A DNA stretch of 64,000 nucleotides from Callorhinchus milii (Eukaryota), in the NCBI RefSeq assembly GCF_018977255.1, contig NW_024704743.1, positions 115,260,001 to 115,324,000 of the forward strand, in the 5' to 3' direction. Shown piece by piece: positions 61,778-64,000 of this stretch. A program made the translations under genes and the position numbers. The notes beneath the pieces were generated by a model. The model was not told where the DNA came from and ran no database searches. It saw only the letters and a program-made list of their open reading frames with translations. Numbering within the stretch: the first letter of the stretch is position 1; each line of letters opens with the position of its first letter.

Positions 61778-64000
61778 GTGAGTCTATAGTCTTTCTGAAC
61801 CAGTTTCTGCAATTCAAAGGCTCAGGTGATCTTTGATTTGTTTTGGATTTTTGTGTGATTGCATTATGTATTACCTCCTTTAAAAACAGGCAGAACGTTC
61901 TAGATGTAGTATTTTCTCTTCAGCATTCCACCCTAAAATCTTTGCCTGAACAATATAATAATAAATTATATATAGCTGAAAATCACCAAATTTGTTATCT
62001 GAAGGAGACCTACCATTCTTTCATTCCCTAAACCATTGGATTGTTGTCTGCACCAAGGAGATAGAAAAGAGAAAGCCTACTTTGAGATATTTTTGATGCT
62101 AAACTACCCTATGACTCCTCGATTTCTGCATTGTCTATGGGTAGGATTTGCATGGCCAAACCCATGTACAGTATTCATAAGTATTTTCAATTAGTTAGAA
62201 ATGCTGCTGAATTGGTTGATTAGTGCTCCCATTTCCTCTACCTAGGTTATTTAAAAAAATCTGTCATTTGAATCTGTAAACTAGAATTACTTAAAACTTG
62301 CCTTCCTTTAAGTTTTATCATCTTATTGACTCTTCAATATACAATATAACTTTATAGTATTCTGTGGTCAGGCCAGATTAAGGGATGTGGAGACTCTAAA
62401 ATATATCAGTTTAGGGGTCCTTTGTAGAAAAAGCTAATTTGTGGGGGGGAAGTGGGGGCACCACCAAAAAGTATGAAGCACAAAGGTTCAGCCCTGCCCT
62501 CCCATACTGGTGTCATCCTAACCCTAGCATTGCGGCAACCGCCTTCAGCCTCCTGGGTTTGGAGTGAGGGAGGCTGGCCGGGCAGGTGATAGAGAACTCG
62601 CTATCGTCTTGGTGGCGACAACTTTCCTGTTTCTAGGCTCCCCAGCTATCCCACCCATACTCTGAGCCAAGATGCAGAGTGCGGCTGTGCAAGGAGGAAA
62701 GTAGCCACTATTTGCACTTGCGCAATCGCGCCTATAAAGCTGATGTGCGGTTACACAGTTAATTGCTCGGGGATCTGTTGATGACACGACTGGTGCTGGC
62801 AGTGGCTTTTGGTACATCAGGAGCCATTTTCAGTGGGGCGTCTGTAATCCATTCGCAAGGGCATTTGGGAAATTTCCTGAATAGCCAGTCTGCTTCTGGC
62901 ACTATCCCCTCAGAGCTCTAAGACATGGTTTAGTTTGTTTATTGATTAATTCAACTCTGTTCTGTAGATTAAGAGTGGATGTTGCACCTAAATTTTTTCA
63001 GATATTTTCAAGTTGCCATTTGAAGACATTTTCTAAATGTTCAGCCTGTTTCTGATTTGTTCTACTTATACAACAATAAAAACAACAACAACTTGCATTT
63101 ATATCACACCTCTCATGCAGGGTAGATTTCCTGAGTGCTGACTCAGACAATTTACCAGTTGTTATGGCCTTGATGTTAAGTGCTAATTTGCTAAGCACAA
63201 AATTGACATTATTGATTGTTATAGTCAACATAAGGATGTACATTAGCTACAGTTAAATTAGTATCCTTGTCTTTTCAACACGCAAATTTGCTTTCAAAAT
63301 TACACTGTAAAATTCTCTGGCACAGCTGGTTAATTAATTTTCTCATGGAACCTGAGCATCTTAAGATGGAAGCTCCAATCAATTTCAAGCAGTATGGCAA
63401 TAGCTATTCAGTGATTACTGCTATGTGAATATCAGATGAAGACTAAAATGAACTGTGCTCTAATGTAGTGCTTTTTTTCCATTCTTTTCCCCTGCCCCCA
63501 CCCCAATCAATTGCCTGCTGAGCATTCGCTGGCTAGACTAGCATATCAAGGATGATCACTAGGGTTAGCAATTTGTTCGTAGCCAGTGACTCTAGCATTA
63601 CCCTAGTATGAGTCAGTGTCTTCAGGAGAATAGGAAAAACGCTTAAGAGCTTTTGTATGGATAATGTATTTTCAGTTCAATATGAAATTCAATCTCATGA
63701 GCCACCTAGTCCAATCCCATTCTCCTTCATACTCTCCATTTCCTCTCCAAACCCCCAGTTTAATTTATTTAGTGCATTCTGAGTGGAGGTGACAGGCGCA
63801 GTTCTAGGAATTGCAATGCCTTACATATAGTCGTTCTTTATTGAATAAAGATCGGTGATCTTCCAACCTTTAGAGGAAGTCTTGAATCAATATTTACATG
63901 CCGGTTCCATTTTCACTTTTGCACATGATGGAAATCATCATTTGATTTTGCCTCATTTATTAAACAAATATCTAACTTGTTTTATAATACAATAGATCTT

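Noticed and set aside
61941..61960. LPEQY peptide in ORF 61843-62031 resembling the start of the next SLC45A4 exon (recalled GLPEQYYSLTW)
   Set aside because: The match stops after five residues. The nearby acceptor at 61923 gives the wrong frame and a TGA, so it is probably coincidence. The true next exon was not found in the window.
62368..62500. Possible small DNA transposon starting caggccagattaaggg
   Set aside because: The right-hand terminal repeat is too weak and no TSD could be identified.

Overview
Eukaryotic, repeat-rich vertebrate genomic DNA. The L2/CR1 LINEs and tRNA-headed Deu-type SINEs suggest a cartilaginous fish, probably a chimaera (inference). Two host genes lie on the + strand. 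One is the single-exon CDS of the orphan GPCR GPR20 (15521-16588). The other is the 5' end of SLC45A4, with a CpG-island promoter at about 48.1-49.1 kb and a first coding exon of 61200-61777 (CDS from 61546). Most of the rest is truncated L2 and CR1 LINEs, an RTE relic, two SINE families, a hAT MITE and a G-rich minisatellite. The most interesting signals are: (i) minimal type I hammerhead-ribozyme motifs of Penelope-like origin, one well formed (29168-29208, - strand) and one inside a TSD-flanked fold-back element in the probable GPR20 3' UTR; (ii) three uORFs in the SLC45A4 leader, a candidate for polyamine-responsive translational control; (iii) a strand-skewed G-rich minisatellite abutting the SLC45A4 promoter; (iv) a SINE that appears to join CORE-like and Deu-like domains to an L2 tail. 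No prokaryotic system or CRISPR array is present. Family and gene names come from recall of known motifs, not from database searches, and repeat boundaries are approximate.
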